Counted from the stretch's first letter, positions 27,073 to 39,208 are shown. The stretch: 64,000 nt of DNA from Chiloscyllium plagiosum (GCF_004010195.1 NC_057718.1:63202225-63266224), one strand, 5' to 3'. The notes: a model not told the origin generated them from the letters alone. Made by a program: numbers and translations.

Positions 27073-27293
27073 TCAGTACGGAATGCCCCCAGTTTATGAA
27101 TGTCTGACTTGCGAACACTCAAATGTACAAACATGATCCCACAATGGGATGTAATTTTGAATATCTGACTTTTGAACATTTCTTGTACTTATGAATGGCT
27201 GCTTTTGTCCTGTACTGTATTGTGATTTGCATACAAATTGACATGTAAATAGACTCAGGAATAGAACCCGTTCACAACCCAGGGACTGACTGT
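27073..27293. mobile_element. Tc1/mariner (Tigger-like) MITE, decayed
   Basis: Imperfect terminal inverted repeats CCCCAGTTTATGAA / TTCACAACCCAGGGACTGACTG. Confidence 0.45.
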
Positions 27294-28034
27294 TTAAATA
27301 TCATAGCAGGCCAATGAACATTGTACATATTAACAATCATTATTTGCTACAAGAGCAGCTACTGACTACCCTGCACAATTTACTAGATTAATTATATAAC
27401 TACTATTTTCTCTTGTCCTTGAGAAGCTAAGTATGATTGCATGGATGCCCAGTTAACACCACACCTACTCCAGTGTCTCCTCGCTGTCTAGTAGAAGCAT
27501 GGACAGTGAATTTCATTAAAGCTATTTAATCAGAGGGAGGACTTAACCACAATCCATGCTATTCAAGTTCGTACATTTTGTGACAGAAGACACTGCTCAT
27601 TGGATAATGGTTTGAATCAGGAAACTTAGATGATTTCTCAACTCTCTATTCCAGAAGTGGTAATTCCACTGTTATGTGCCTATCACTGCCATAGCTAAAG
27701 TAAGCTAACTCAGGACACATTGAATACCAAACTAGGAGTTTTCTTAGTATACTTGACAACAGTATATTTATCATGTGAGCCATAAAAGGAGTTTCAACGT
27801 TGTGATCTTGAATTGTTTAATTGTTTCATTAGCAACAAATCACATGTTAAAAATGTAAGCAATGTTATGTCTGTAATGAATACATGATGAATGGATGGGG
27901 AATGCATCTACTCCTTCATTCTTAGCTTTGTCTCTCAAAAGAGATCTTTCTGAGGTTGATGTCAAGCCATCCAGTTGAGATCCACAGTGAATGAATGAAA
28001 TTACAAACTGCATGAAAATGCAACATGAAAGTGA

Positions 28035-29807
28035 CTGCACGATTATATGTTGCCTCCTTGGTCCAAGAGTCAAGGAAGTCTCAGAGTGGCCACAGGACAT
28101 ACTGGAGGAGGTGGCTAAACAGCCAGGTGTTGTGGTACATATTGCTATCAATGACATACACAAAAACGGCAGTAAAAGCTGAATATAGAGAATTAGGAAG
28201 CAAGTGCCAGTCAGAGTAGAAATAGCAGGATATATCAATTGAATACATGATTGAAAAGATGATAGAAAGAGGAGAATTTCTGATTCCTGGGAGATTGTGA
28301 CCAGACTATGGGGGACATGGGACCTGTACAAACTGAATGGTTATACATGGACATCGTCGAGACTGATGTCCGAGGGCAAGTATTGGTAGTGTGATTGGGG
28401 CAGATTTAAACTAGAAAGACAGGGGGTAGGAACCAAGGCTGTGTGACAAGGGAATGAGAAATGAGAACAGTAATGAAAGAAAGAACAGTGAAATACAAGA
28501 ATGGTAGACAATGTAATCAAGGGCAAGAGGCAAATAAAAGCTAGGATGATTTAAAAAAGGCCAGCCTAAAGCATTAAAAATAATGATGTGGAAGTGCCGG
28601 TGTTGGACTGGGTTGGACAAGGTCAAAAATCATACAACACCAGGTTGTAATCCAACAAGTTTAACAGAAAATGTAAGCTTTTGGAGCCTCACACCTTTAG
28701 GTGCGAGTGAGAGAAGAGACATCCAACACAGAATTCATAAGTAAAAGGTTAAAGGATCATACAACTGATGCAAATGCTTAGGTTTGTTCAATATATTCAC
28801 ATCATTTGTGTTATCCTTTGATCTTTTACTTATAAATTCTGTGTTGGATGCCACATCTCTCACTAGCACCTGAAGAAAACACTCCAAAAGGTTGTGTTTT
28901 TAAATAAACCTGCTGGACTATAACCTGGTGTCATTTGATTTTTGGCCTCAATCAAAATTAGATAGACAAACTGATGGCACATATAAAGCTGAATCGTTAT
29001 GAACTTGTAGCCATTACTGGAACACAATTTCAAGGAGGTGAGGACTGGGAACTAAACATTCAGGGATATTTGACTTTTCAGAAAGACAGGAGGGCTGGAA
29101 AAGGTGGTGGGAAAACACTGTTAATAAGAGATGGAATGAGGACAGTTGTGAGATGATCTAGCTTGGATGATTTGGTGTTCATTTGGGTGGAGCTCAGAGC
29201 ATAAAGAAGGCATTGGTAGGAGTAGTGTATAGACTCCCAAACAGTGCAACATTGTAGGAAAGGGTATAAAAACAACAAATAATAGGAGCATGTAAAAAGA
29301 ATAGAGCAATAGTTATGGGTAACTTTAATCATCATATATTGATTGGATCAATCAAGTTAGAAAGGGGAGCTATGACAACGAATTCATAGTGCTTTAGAGA
29401 CAGTTGCCGAGAGCAATATGTTATGGAGATGACCAGAAGTCTATCCTGCATCTGGTAGTAGGTAATGAGGTAAGGTTAATAAATGACCTCTAAGTAAAAG
29501 ATCCCTAGGAAGTAATGATCTTAACATGGTTAAGCTAATGTTCAGTTTGAGACTGATAAACTTCGGAAATGAGAGTAGAATTAACTAAGGTGGCCTGGGC
29601 TGATGGATTAGCAGCAAAGACAATAAGCAAGCAGAGACAAACATTTAAGGAGGTATTTCATGACTCTCAGCAAAAATATATCCCATTAAGGAGGAAAGAT
29701 TCTAAGAGAGGGATGAACAAACCATGGCTAACCAAGGAAGTTAGGGAGAGTACAAACTTGAAAGAAAAGGCATATAAGGAGACAAAAGTCAGTGATAGCC
29801 CCAAAGA
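28035..29807 (+). mobile_element. Decayed CR1 LINE, ORF1 esterase plus ORF2 endonuclease
   Basis: CCLLGPRVKEV...VVVHIAINDI; ELVAITGT...LNIQGY..FQKDRRAGKGGG; PWLTKEV. Interrupted at 28585-28947. Confidence 0.85.
28585..28947. mobile_element. Long palindromic Penelope-derived element
   Basis: 28620-28770 is the imperfect reverse complement of 28800-28947 (e.g. CATCCAACACAGAATT / AATTCTGTGTTGGATG). Confidence 0.65.
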
Positions 29808-30320
29808 TTTTGGAAAGGCAAATCAGGGCAGGACTTATACGCTTAATGGTAAGATCCTGGGGATATTGCTGAACAAAGAGACCTTGGAGTGCAGGTTCAT
29901 AGCTCCTTGAAAGTGAAGTCTCAGGTAGATAGGATAGTGAAGAAAACATTTAGTATGCTTTTCTTTATTGGTCAGAGCACTGAGTATAGGAGTTGGGAGA
30001 TCATTGGCTGGGCCAGGTTTGGAATATTGTGTGCAATTATGGTCTCCCTCCTATCAGGAGGATGTTGTGAAACTTGAAAGTGTTCAGAAAAGATTTACAA
30101 GGATGTTGCCAGGGTTGGAGGTTTTGAGTTGTAGGTAGAGGCTGAATGGGCTGGGGCTGTTTTCCCTGCAGTTTCGGAGGCTGAGGGATGATCTCATAGA
30201 GGTTTATAAAATTATGAGGGGCATGGATAGGATAAATAGGCTAGATTTTTTTCCCTGGCACGCCAGAACTAGAGGTCATAGGTTTAAGGTGAGAGGGGAA
30301 AGATTTAAAAGGGACCTAAG
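29808..30320 (+). mobile_element. CR1/HER1-type LINE 3' fragment
   Basis: FGKANQGRTYTLNGK...; highly similar to 42825-43360. Confidence 0.9.
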
Positions 30321-30329
30321 TGTCTAAAC

Positions 30330-31807
30330 TGCAGTTGTCTCATGGGTTGGGGAGAATGGATTTCCCAGATATTAGAAGATACCAATTAAGTTCTCATCTA
30401 TTGTTTGTTAGTGATTGGGCCTGTAAAGACCCGGCATCAATGTGGCTAGATATTAAAGCCTTTTATTCTTAGATAAAATGAAGATGGTCATGAAATATTG
30501 CCATAATCCGATTGTTATTAATACTGGTAAGGCATGGAGGATAATGCGGCAGAGAGAAGGTAATATGTCCAAAATAGCATTTCTTACCCCGATGGTGGAT
30601 GTGCCAGGTTTTTAACTGGGACCCCGCATTTAAGCTCTAGGCCGCCAGGGGAATCTCCTGTTTGGGTGATTTATTTGAATGTGAAATAGAGATGTCCTTT
30701 GACCAAATAATTCGTTAATATGGTCTAGTTAGCACCTTTTCTGCTTTTTTCAGGTCAGGGATTTTATTCAGAAAGGGACTATGCTCTTGACCAACCCCTA
30801 TAGATCTACTTTGGAGAAGAGGGTACTTTATGCTAAAAGTACTCTCACTATTACTAAGGATTATTATATGCTGGGGGTGATTCTTCAGAAGATGTTGAGT
30901 GGCTTTGCAGGGTTTGGGAGAGGGAATTAGGGGTTGAAATTTCTATGGAGGCATGGGGGGACATTTGCGAGAATGCGAGGAAGATTTCGATTTGTGATAG
31001 GACCCATGCCATACAGCTAAAAATTTTGCATAGGGTCCATCTGGCCCCAGACTGTCTCTCAAAGTTTAAGGTGGGAGCATTCCCCTTTTGTCCTAAGTGT
31101 AAGGTAAACATCGGTACTGTCACTCATTGTTTATAGTCTTGCCACAGGCTCCATACATGTTGGAGTTCTGTGGCAGGGGTTATAGAAAGGGTCTTGAAGG
31201 CCGAGGTTAAGATGAGGACCCTATCGCTCTCTCCTCCTGGCCCTACCCAATATATCCTCTTTGGATGCTCATGGGAAAAAAAATTATAAATATCCTCACT
31301 TGCAGCGCTAGGAAAATATTTTAATGTGTTGGGTTTCTGAAACCCCCCTCCCTGGGTCTGCTGGGTTGATATAGGCTTAAAATGGAACATATTCCTCTGG
31401 ACTTTTTCATGAATATGGTGCACTGGAAAATAGAAAATTTTTAAAGGATATGGCAGCCCTTTCTGGACTACTTGGATGTAGATTTATCTGCCATTTTAAC
31501 TAGGGCTTTTGTGTAGCCATGGTGTTCTGATTTTGTGTACTTGATGTCCTTGAAGGAAGAATTCCAAATATTTTATGTGCAATAATTAGTGCTGTCAGGT
31601 TGAAAGCTAATGTTTTGTTGTGCTGAGCTGTTTTGTTGTTTATTTATTCATTAACTACCTTTATTGACATGTCTGTTTTGCGCGTGTTGTGGGGTTTTTT
31701 TTGTTGTTATATGCATATAGAATATTGTTTGCTGGTGTTGTAATTTATCTTCCTTTTATATGGTTTTGTAAAGAAAGACAAGTTTAATAAAAATATCTAT
31801 TAAAAAA
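30330..31807 (+). mobile_element. L1-clade LINE 3' end (ORF2 zinc-knuckle region, 3' UTR, poly-A)
   Basis: WGDICENARKISIC...IQLKILHRVHL...CPKCK...THCL..C (zf-RVT-like), T-rich UTR, AATAAA at about 31786 followed by an A-run. Confidence 0.85.
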
Positions 31808-32552
31808 GGGACCCTTAGAACTGAATCTTTGAAGACAGTTACGGAGAACAAGAAAATAGCAGAGGTGTTAAACATATTTTGCATCAGTCTTTGTAATGGT
31901 AGATACGTCAAGTATCCCATTAATACTAAAGAATTCAGGGGAGGCATTAAGTAGTGTTACCATCACTAGAACAGGAGTATTAGACAAACTAAACGGGCTA
32001 AAGGCAGATAAATCTCCTGGTCCTGATGGCCTGCATCCTAGGATTCTAAAACAGGTGGCTATGGAGATAATGGATACAATGGTAGTTATTTTCCAAAACA
32101 CCTTGGATACTGGAGAAGTGCCAGAGCATTGGAAAGCTGCCAATGTGACACCCCTATTCAAAATGCGAGGCAGGCGAAAAGCAGGTTACTGTCGGCTAAT
32201 TAGCTTAGCATTTATTATTGGAAAAATGTTGGAATGAAGTTTTAAGGAAGTATTAGCAGCACATTTGGAAAATCATAACCTAATCAGCCTTAGACAGCCA
32301 TGTCTGACAAAGGAAGTCAGGAAATCTATCAAAGAAAAAGAGAGAGCCTATAAAGTGGCCAAAAGCACTGGGAAATCAGAAGATTGGGAAGGCTACAAAA
32401 ACAAACAGAGGAATGAACTTCCTGAGAAAAGGGAGGATGTGGGTACAATTATAAGGTTTAAAAGACATTTGGATAAGTACTTGAGTGGGAAAGGGTTGGA
32501 GCGCTATAGGCCAGGAGCAGGCAGGTGGAACTAGTTTAGTTTGGGATAATGT
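31808..32552 (+). mobile_element. CR1 LINE fragments (RT N-terminus and 3' UTR, rearranged)
   Basis: KSPGPDGLHPRILK, WKAANVTPLFK, PCLTKEVR, FKRHLDKYL. Confidence 0.9.
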
Positions 32553-33063
32553 NNNNNNNNNNNNNNNNNNNNNNNNNNNNNNNNNNNNNNNNNNNNNNNN
32601 NNNNNNNNNNNNNNNNNNNNNNNNNNNNNNNNNNNNNNNNNNNNNNNNNNNNNNNNNNNNNNNNNNNNNNNNNNNNNNNNNNNNNNNNNNNNNNNNNNNN
32701 NNNNNNNNNNNNNNNNNNNNNNNNNNNNNNNNNNNNNNNNNNNNNNNNNNNNNNNNNNNNNNNNNNNNNNNNNNNNNNNNNNNNNNNNNNNNNNNNNNNN
32801 NNNNNNNNNNNNNNNNNNNNNNNNNNNNNNNNNNNNNNNNNNNNNNNNNNNNNNNNNNNNNNNNNNNNNNNNNNNNNNNNNNNNNNNNNNNNNNNNNNNN
32901 NNNNNNNNNNNNNNNNNNNNNNNNNNNNNNNNNNNNNNNNNNNNNNNNNNNNNNNNNNNNNNNNNNNNNNNNNNNNNNNNNNNNNNNNNNNNNNNNNNNN
33001 NNNNNNNNNNNNNNNNNNNNNNNNNNNNNNNNNNNNNNNNNNNNNNNNNNNNNNNNNNNNNNN
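32553..33063. other. Assembly gap (511 N)
   Basis: Run of N. Confidence 1.
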
Positions 33064-33211
33064 GATGATACAAAGTTAGGTGGACAGGCAGGTAGTACTG
33101 AGGAAGTGGGGAGGCTGCAGAAGGATCTAGACAGTTTGGAGGAGTGGTCCAGGAAATAGTTGATGGAATTCAATGTGAGCAAATGTGAGGTCTTGCAATT
33201 TGGGAAAAAGA
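33064..33211 (+). mobile_element. CR1 RT fragment between gaps
   Basis: DDTKLGG...LQKDLDSL..W...MEFNVSKCEVLQFG. Confidence 0.9.
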
Positions 33212-33711
33212 NNNNNNNNNNNNNNNNNNNNNNNNNNNNNNNNNNNNNNNNNNNNNNNNNNNNNNNNNNNNNNNNNNNNNNNNNNNNNNNNNNNNNNNNN
33301 NNNNNNNNNNNNNNNNNNNNNNNNNNNNNNNNNNNNNNNNNNNNNNNNNNNNNNNNNNNNNNNNNNNNNNNNNNNNNNNNNNNNNNNNNNNNNNNNNNNN
33401 NNNNNNNNNNNNNNNNNNNNNNNNNNNNNNNNNNNNNNNNNNNNNNNNNNNNNNNNNNNNNNNNNNNNNNNNNNNNNNNNNNNNNNNNNNNNNNNNNNNN
33501 NNNNNNNNNNNNNNNNNNNNNNNNNNNNNNNNNNNNNNNNNNNNNNNNNNNNNNNNNNNNNNNNNNNNNNNNNNNNNNNNNNNNNNNNNNNNNNNNNNNN
33601 NNNNNNNNNNNNNNNNNNNNNNNNNNNNNNNNNNNNNNNNNNNNNNNNNNNNNNNNNNNNNNNNNNNNNNNNNNNNNNNNNNNNNNNNNNNNNNNNNNNN
33701 NNNNNNNNNNN
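33212..33711. other. Assembly gap (500 N)
   Basis: Run of N. Confidence 1.
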
Positions 33712-33937
33712 TACACAGATTCTGTTCAGATGAGTAAGAATGAGACGGACACCTGAGGTGTTGAAGGACACCCTCAACTCATTGATTGCCGGTTTGGGCG
33801 TGCCACAGCGAGAAACTGTAATGACCTCCTCAGGAGGCAGACATGGGATACGACCAAAAGGATATTCTTTGTTGTCCAGTGCTTCCTGGGAGTGGAGAAA
33901 CTACACCATGTTCTTTTTGGCCTGCATCATATTATCG

Positions 33938-34309
33938 TTTATTGTATCCGTTGCTCCCGATGCGGTCTCCTCTGCACTGGGGGACTGGACGCCTCCTAGC
34001 AGAGCGCCTTAGGGAACATCTCCAGGACACCCGCACCAATCAACCACTGGCCCAACATTTCAACTCCCCCTCCCACTCTGCTGAGGATATGGAGGTCCTG
34101 GGCCTCCTTCATCGCCGCTCCCTCACCTCCAGACGCCTGGAGGAAGAACGCCTCATCTTCCGCCTCGGAACACTTCAACCCCAGGGCATCAATGTGGACT
34201 TCAACAGCTTCCTCATTTCCCCTTCCCCCACCTCACCCCAGTTCCAGATTTTACTGTTCCTCGGATGCTGCCTGAACTGCTGTGCTCTTCCAGCACCACT
34301 AATCCAGAA
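33938..34309 (+). mobile_element. Nested Penelope-like fragment of a second family, with 15-bp TSD
   Basis: YCIRCSRCGLLCTGGTGRLLAERLREHL...LEEERLIFRLGTLQPQGINVDF. TGCATCATATTATCG at 33923-33937 and 34310-34324. Confidence 0.88.
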
Positions 34310-34859
34310 TGCATCATATTATCGATGAGGATCACCTCACCAAGATCTTCTCTACTCCTCCACTTCTTGCCTTTAAACAACTGCCAAACCTTAGACAGGC
34401 TATTGTTCACAGCAAACTGCCCAGCCTTCAGGACAACATCGACCACAACACCGTACAACCCTGTCATAGCAGCCACTGCAAGACATGTCAGATTGATGAC
34501 ATTGATACTACCATCACATGTTGGGACACCACTCACCACATTGGGTACACATGTGACTTGGCCAACGTTGTCTATCTCATACACTGCAGGCAAGGATGCC
34601 CCGAGACATGGTACATTGGCGAGACCAAGCAGGCGCTACGACAATGGATGAATGGACACTGTAACAATCGCCAAACAGGGATGTCGGGGAGCACTTCAGC
34701 AGTCAAGGACATTCGGCCTTGGATCTTCAGGTGATCACCTTCCAAGGTGGCCTTCTGGATATGCAACAACGCAGAGTGGCCGAGCAGAGGCTGATAGTTA
34801 TGAGAATGGCTTCAACCAGAATCTTGGGTTCATGTCACACTGCAGGTGACCCCACTACA

Positions 34860-35150
34860 CTATGCACTCTCACACAATCACTCATGCACAAGTACACATA
34901 CACACACACTCTTACACACTCACACAGACCCTCTCTCATACACACGCGCTCTCTCTGACACACACACTCATACTTGTGTGCACACCCTCTCACAGGCATA
35001 TACTCTGTCACACTCACATGCACACTCTTACCAAGCACGCACATACAACACACATACACACACACACACTCTCCCTCTCTCTCACACACATCCACACTCT
35101 CTCACTCTCCATCTCCCTCATAAGCACGCATGCATGCACACGCACATATA
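34860..35150. repeat. Degenerate (CA)n/(CT)n microsatellite region
   Basis: Direct inspection. Confidence 0.9.
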
Positions 35151-35861
35151 AATCTGTGGTGAATTTGCATTTGCAAATACATTCTATTTTGTTCAAAAAG
35201 CACACGATCTATAGGCAGTCAGCCCATGTGACATTTTCTTACTTTGGAAATAGAACTCAACGCTGGAATACAGGCAGACTCTAACCTCATATCTTTAATG
35301 CATTGTCTGAGCTGAGATGTCACTTTTTAAAATATAAAACCTTAAGTTATCTCGGGAATGTCACTTGAAAGAAGTTCTGGGATTTACATATGAATGAATC
35401 AAAACCTGCAATTCATTCAAATTGATTAAAGACTTAACAGCAGTCCAGCAATTTGCTTAATACATTGCATCAGTTGCATGACACTGCTCATGTCATTCAA
35501 GATGTTGGGCCCTGGTGCAGCTATTGCTGCAGGACTAAGCCTCAGCAGGTTAGACTTCAAGACCAGGGACTGCAGACTTTGGACAGGGGCAAAGTGCATT
35601 GTGAATAGAGCAACAGGATTTGTAAGGGGGGAATTTGGAAAGGGAGTAATGCTGAGCGTGTGGGCATCCACAGTCAGGAGCACCCTGTTTTTGGGGTGAG
35701 GGACTGAATGACTGTACCTGGCATGATCACCTCATACGCTAGATTCTGGTTAGGAAGGGTACGCAGATGTAGATGCATATAGACAGTTTGGGTGGGATTT
35801 GAGAAAGTGTGAAACCTGTGCTGTTAAAGGGAAGAGAATATAGTTGTCTGGGCACATTTTT

Positions 35862-36195
35862 GGGTGGCATGGTAGCTCAGTGGTTAGCACTGCTACCTCA
35901 TAGTGTCAGGGACCTGGGTCCAATTCCACCCTCGAGTATCTGTGTGTGTGGAGGTTGCACTTCTCCCCATGTCTTTGTGGGTTTCTTCCAGGTGCTCTAC
36001 TTTCCTTCCAGTCCAGAGATGTGCAGGTTAGAGGATAGTGTCTAGGGATATGCAGGCCAAGCCTGGGAAGGTCTGGCTAGCCATGGGAAATGCAATGCAA
36101 AGGGTAGGGGTGAGTTTGAGTGGGATGCTCGTTGGAGGATCAGTCTGTACTCCTGGGGTTGAATGGCCTGCTTCAATGTTGTAGGGATTATATGA
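35862..36195 (+). mobile_element. V-SINE (older)
   Basis: TAGCTCAGTGGTTAGCACTGCT head, V-domain, GAATGGCCTGCTTC tail. Confidence 0.8.
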
Positions 36196-37660
36196 CTCAG
36201 ACTGAGGCTAGCAGGCTGAAGCAGAGGAGCACTCACTGTCACCTTCCATTGCATGGAAATTGAAAGTGCACAATAGGGAAGAAAATGGTTGTGGCCACAT
36301 TTGGAGTGAGCAGAGCGATTCACAAACATAGAGTTGTTTTTCACCTGTGCCACCAAAAAGGGTGCAGGAAATGCCAGTGTTTCAGCTGGTATCCTCTAAC
36401 TAAAAAGTTGCCATGGGATCACATATCAGACATGAGAAATTCCAAAAAGGCAGGGTAGGTAAGTAATGAGGCAAGTTTGATAAATATGGTAAGGAATTTC
36501 ACTGGACATCACAGCAAAAAACCATCCAAAGAACACAATGCAACTCCAATATTTTTTCTGCCTTTTAGGACATGGGCTATCAGCTCTCGGGAATGTGTCA
36601 TTCTTTTGTCCCTGTCTTGTGTTTTGGTTCCCATAGCACACTTTGGAAAATACTCGCACTTTATTGAATTATTCCTTGCTTTCTCCAAGAGGATAGTAGA
36701 CTTATGGAATGTTACTTAGCACACGACTGCAGTGCAGCAGTGAATGTGGAACCATATCTCAATTAGTTCCTAATTCTTGATGAATAACATAATATTCCTT
36801 TTTCTTTCAATATGTACTGCTTCTATATCTATATTACGTTCCAATCATTAACTCAGTGCAGGAAATTGACAATCAACTTTGTTGACTAAATAAATCAAGC
36901 ACTGTTTATCAGAGTAAAAGATCATTTAGGTGGTAGCATGTTATGCCTCCATCTCATGAATTTGACATTCATCGTTGGACATACTGCACCGGTATTGTGT
37001 CTATTATTTTTTTGGTGTTGCATGCATCTATGATCAGGCAAGCATGTATCTTTAAGAGAGTTCAGTGATGATATTTGTGAGACAGCATGTCATGTGATAT
37101 TCTTGTATAAAAGGTAGTAGCATCACTCTGAATAACTGTTACTGTACTTTGTAATCTATAGTCAATCAGTCAGTAAAGTGATAGACATCAGAATATGTTG
37201 ATGCCCATAATGGAGTCGTAATGTCTATAGTTGCATTGTGAATAAATATTCGGATAGTTGTTCACAGTAAGAACCCTGTCTCAGTGTTCATGTTACAAAA
37301 TGTAATATATTAACAGATAACACATCATGATATGCTGTAAAAATGAAGAATATTTTATACGACTGCTCAGTAGCTAATGCTTCAAAAACTCTCTAGTTTA
37401 CTCTAGAAGACAATCATCATTGTGTCCATAAAGTCTGAACAGACACAACTCATCATTGAGGCAGTTACATCAAAGAGTCAGGCCAGACGTCTACAAGAGT
37501 GCAACAATCAGAATAGATGGGGTTATCATATTCTGCAGCTCAGTGACTTCCTATGTGATATGTTTAGCCAGATGCACCATGTAGAATATGACTTCCCTGA
37601 TTGGGGCCGTTAATCTGGTCCAGTCAGGTAGCCCTGGCTGACAGAGACAAACAGGAATGT

Positions 37661-37907
37661 TGCACTTTTGTATGTAACAGTACTGTGTAATGTACAACTG
37701 TCATTGCTGTTGTCTCTTTATATCTTTATGTGAAACTGGGATTTGAGGTTTGTCCTCATGTCCCTGTAAACTGTTTGAACGGTAGGGTTTGGGGCCTGGC
37801 TTTGCTGCTCCCCTCCCTTGTAAAATTGCTGTCTCTTGTATGCAGCTGTAAATGTAACTGTTTGTTTGTTGTAAACTGTTTTTGTAATTTGTTTAATAAA
37901 ATAATAC
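37661..37907 (+). mobile_element. Insert A: 3' end of unidentified A-tailed retroelement (family B)
   Basis: Homologous to 39500-39744. Ends TTTAATAAAATAAT. Bounded by AAACAGGAATGT on both sides. Confidence 0.7.
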
Positions 37908-37919
37908 AAACAGGAATGT

Positions 37920-38052
37920 TTCACACACCATGGGTGCTGGGGAAAAATAAGCACTACTGCAGTTAGGCGGTAGTTTGGGGGTTAAATTTAAAAAATAAAA
38001 AAAAATAAAAATAAACAGGAGTGTTTTAGTCCCTACCCTCCAAAAAAAAATT
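37920..38052 (+). mobile_element. Inserts B and C: very short A-tailed Tx1 3'-UTR pieces
   Basis: CACACACCATGGGTGC... and TTTAGTCCCTACCCTCC match the Tx1 3' UTR in D/E. Each is followed by an A-run and the target motif (38013-38024, 38053-38064). Confidence 0.7.
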
Positions 38053-38064
38053 AAACAGGATTGT

Positions 38065-39196
38065 CAGAGGTGGGCACTGCAGGGAGTGGAGTGCATTATT
38101 TCTCTCTCCAACTCTATTTTGATTTAGTCCCTACCCTCCCCTTCACTGTTTTGATCACACAGCACTGCCCTTTGATGTGAAGGGCAGTGCTTGTCACTGG
38201 CCACCTGGGTGTTTTCCTATCTTCCTGATGGTGGAAATTGAATAAAGATTTGTACACCTTGTGTCTCTCACTGTGTCTCACACCTGCACACACACACAAC
38301 ATGGGTGCAAAAAAAAAGAAAAAAAAAACACACAGGAATGTTCAGAGGAGGGAGGGCAGGTCTGAAGACCTCCCCGTGGCCATAAACAGGTCCAGGCAGC
38401 GGGCCGTGGAGGGAGCCGTTAGGGCCGACTGCCTGCCCCTCTTCCGCGGTTACGTTAGAGCCCTTGGAGAAGGAGCACGCGGTGTCCACCAACACCCTGG
38501 AGTTGTTCAGGGGGAGGTGGGTGCTGCAGGGAGTGGAGTGCATTATTTCTCCTGCCAGCTCTATTTTGATTTAGTCCCTGCCCTCCCCTTCACTGTTTGA
38601 TCACACAGCATTGCCCTTTGATGTGAAGGGCACTGCTTCTCACAGGCCACTCGAGTGTTTCCTTTCTACCTGGTGGTGGAAATTGAATAAAGATTTGCAC
38701 ACCTTGTGTCCCTCAGTGTGTCTCACACCTGCGCGCACACACACAACGTGTGTGCAAAAAAAATAAGAAAAAAAACACACAGGAATGTTCAGAGGAGGGA
38801 GGGCAGGTCTGAAGACCTCCCCGTGGGTCTGCTCCTGGGTTGGCCAAACTGGCCATAAACAGGTCCAGGCAGAGGGCCGTGGAAGATGCCATTAGGCCCA
38901 ATTGACTTCCCCTTTTCAGTGGTTACGCTCGAGCCTGGGTGTCTCTGGAGAAGGAGCACGCGGTGTCCAACAACACTCTTGAGCTGTTCAGGGAGAGGTG
39001 GGCGCTGCAGGGAGTGGACTGTATTATATCCCCGTCCAACTCTATTTTGATTTAATCCCTGTCCTCCCCTCCACTGTTTGATCATGCAGCTTTGCCCTCT
39101 AAGAAGGGCACTGCTTGTCACTGGTCACTTGGGTGTTTCCTTTCTTCCTGGTGGTGGAATATAAATAAACACTTACACACTTGTTTAAAAAAAAAT
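38065..39196 (+). mobile_element. Inserts D, E, F: 5'-truncated Tx1-clade LINE 3' ends in tandem
   Basis: ORF2 C-terminus LLLGLAKLAINRSRQRAVE...LEKEHAVSNNTLELFRERWALQGVDCII...SILI*, then AATAAA and poly-A. Separated by ACACAGGAATGT at 38330-38341 and 38777-38788. Confidence 0.85.
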
Positions 39197-39208
39197 AAAC
39201 AGGAGTGT

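Larger units (their letters stand above)
33712..35490 (+). mobile_element. Penelope-like element, RT C-terminus and GIY-YIG endonuclease, with CA-rich 3' region
   Basis: PPLLAFKQLPNLRQ, PCHSSHCKTCQ, NVVYLIHCRQGCPETWYIGETKQALRQWMNGH. Split by a nested insert at 33938-34309. Confidence 0.88.

Noticed and set aside
32376..33777. Long ORFs up to 446 aa in the ORF track
   Set aside because: Artefacts of translating through N gaps.
34835..35284. His/Thr-rich and Cys/Val-rich ORFs
   Set aside because: Translations of the CA/TG microsatellite region.
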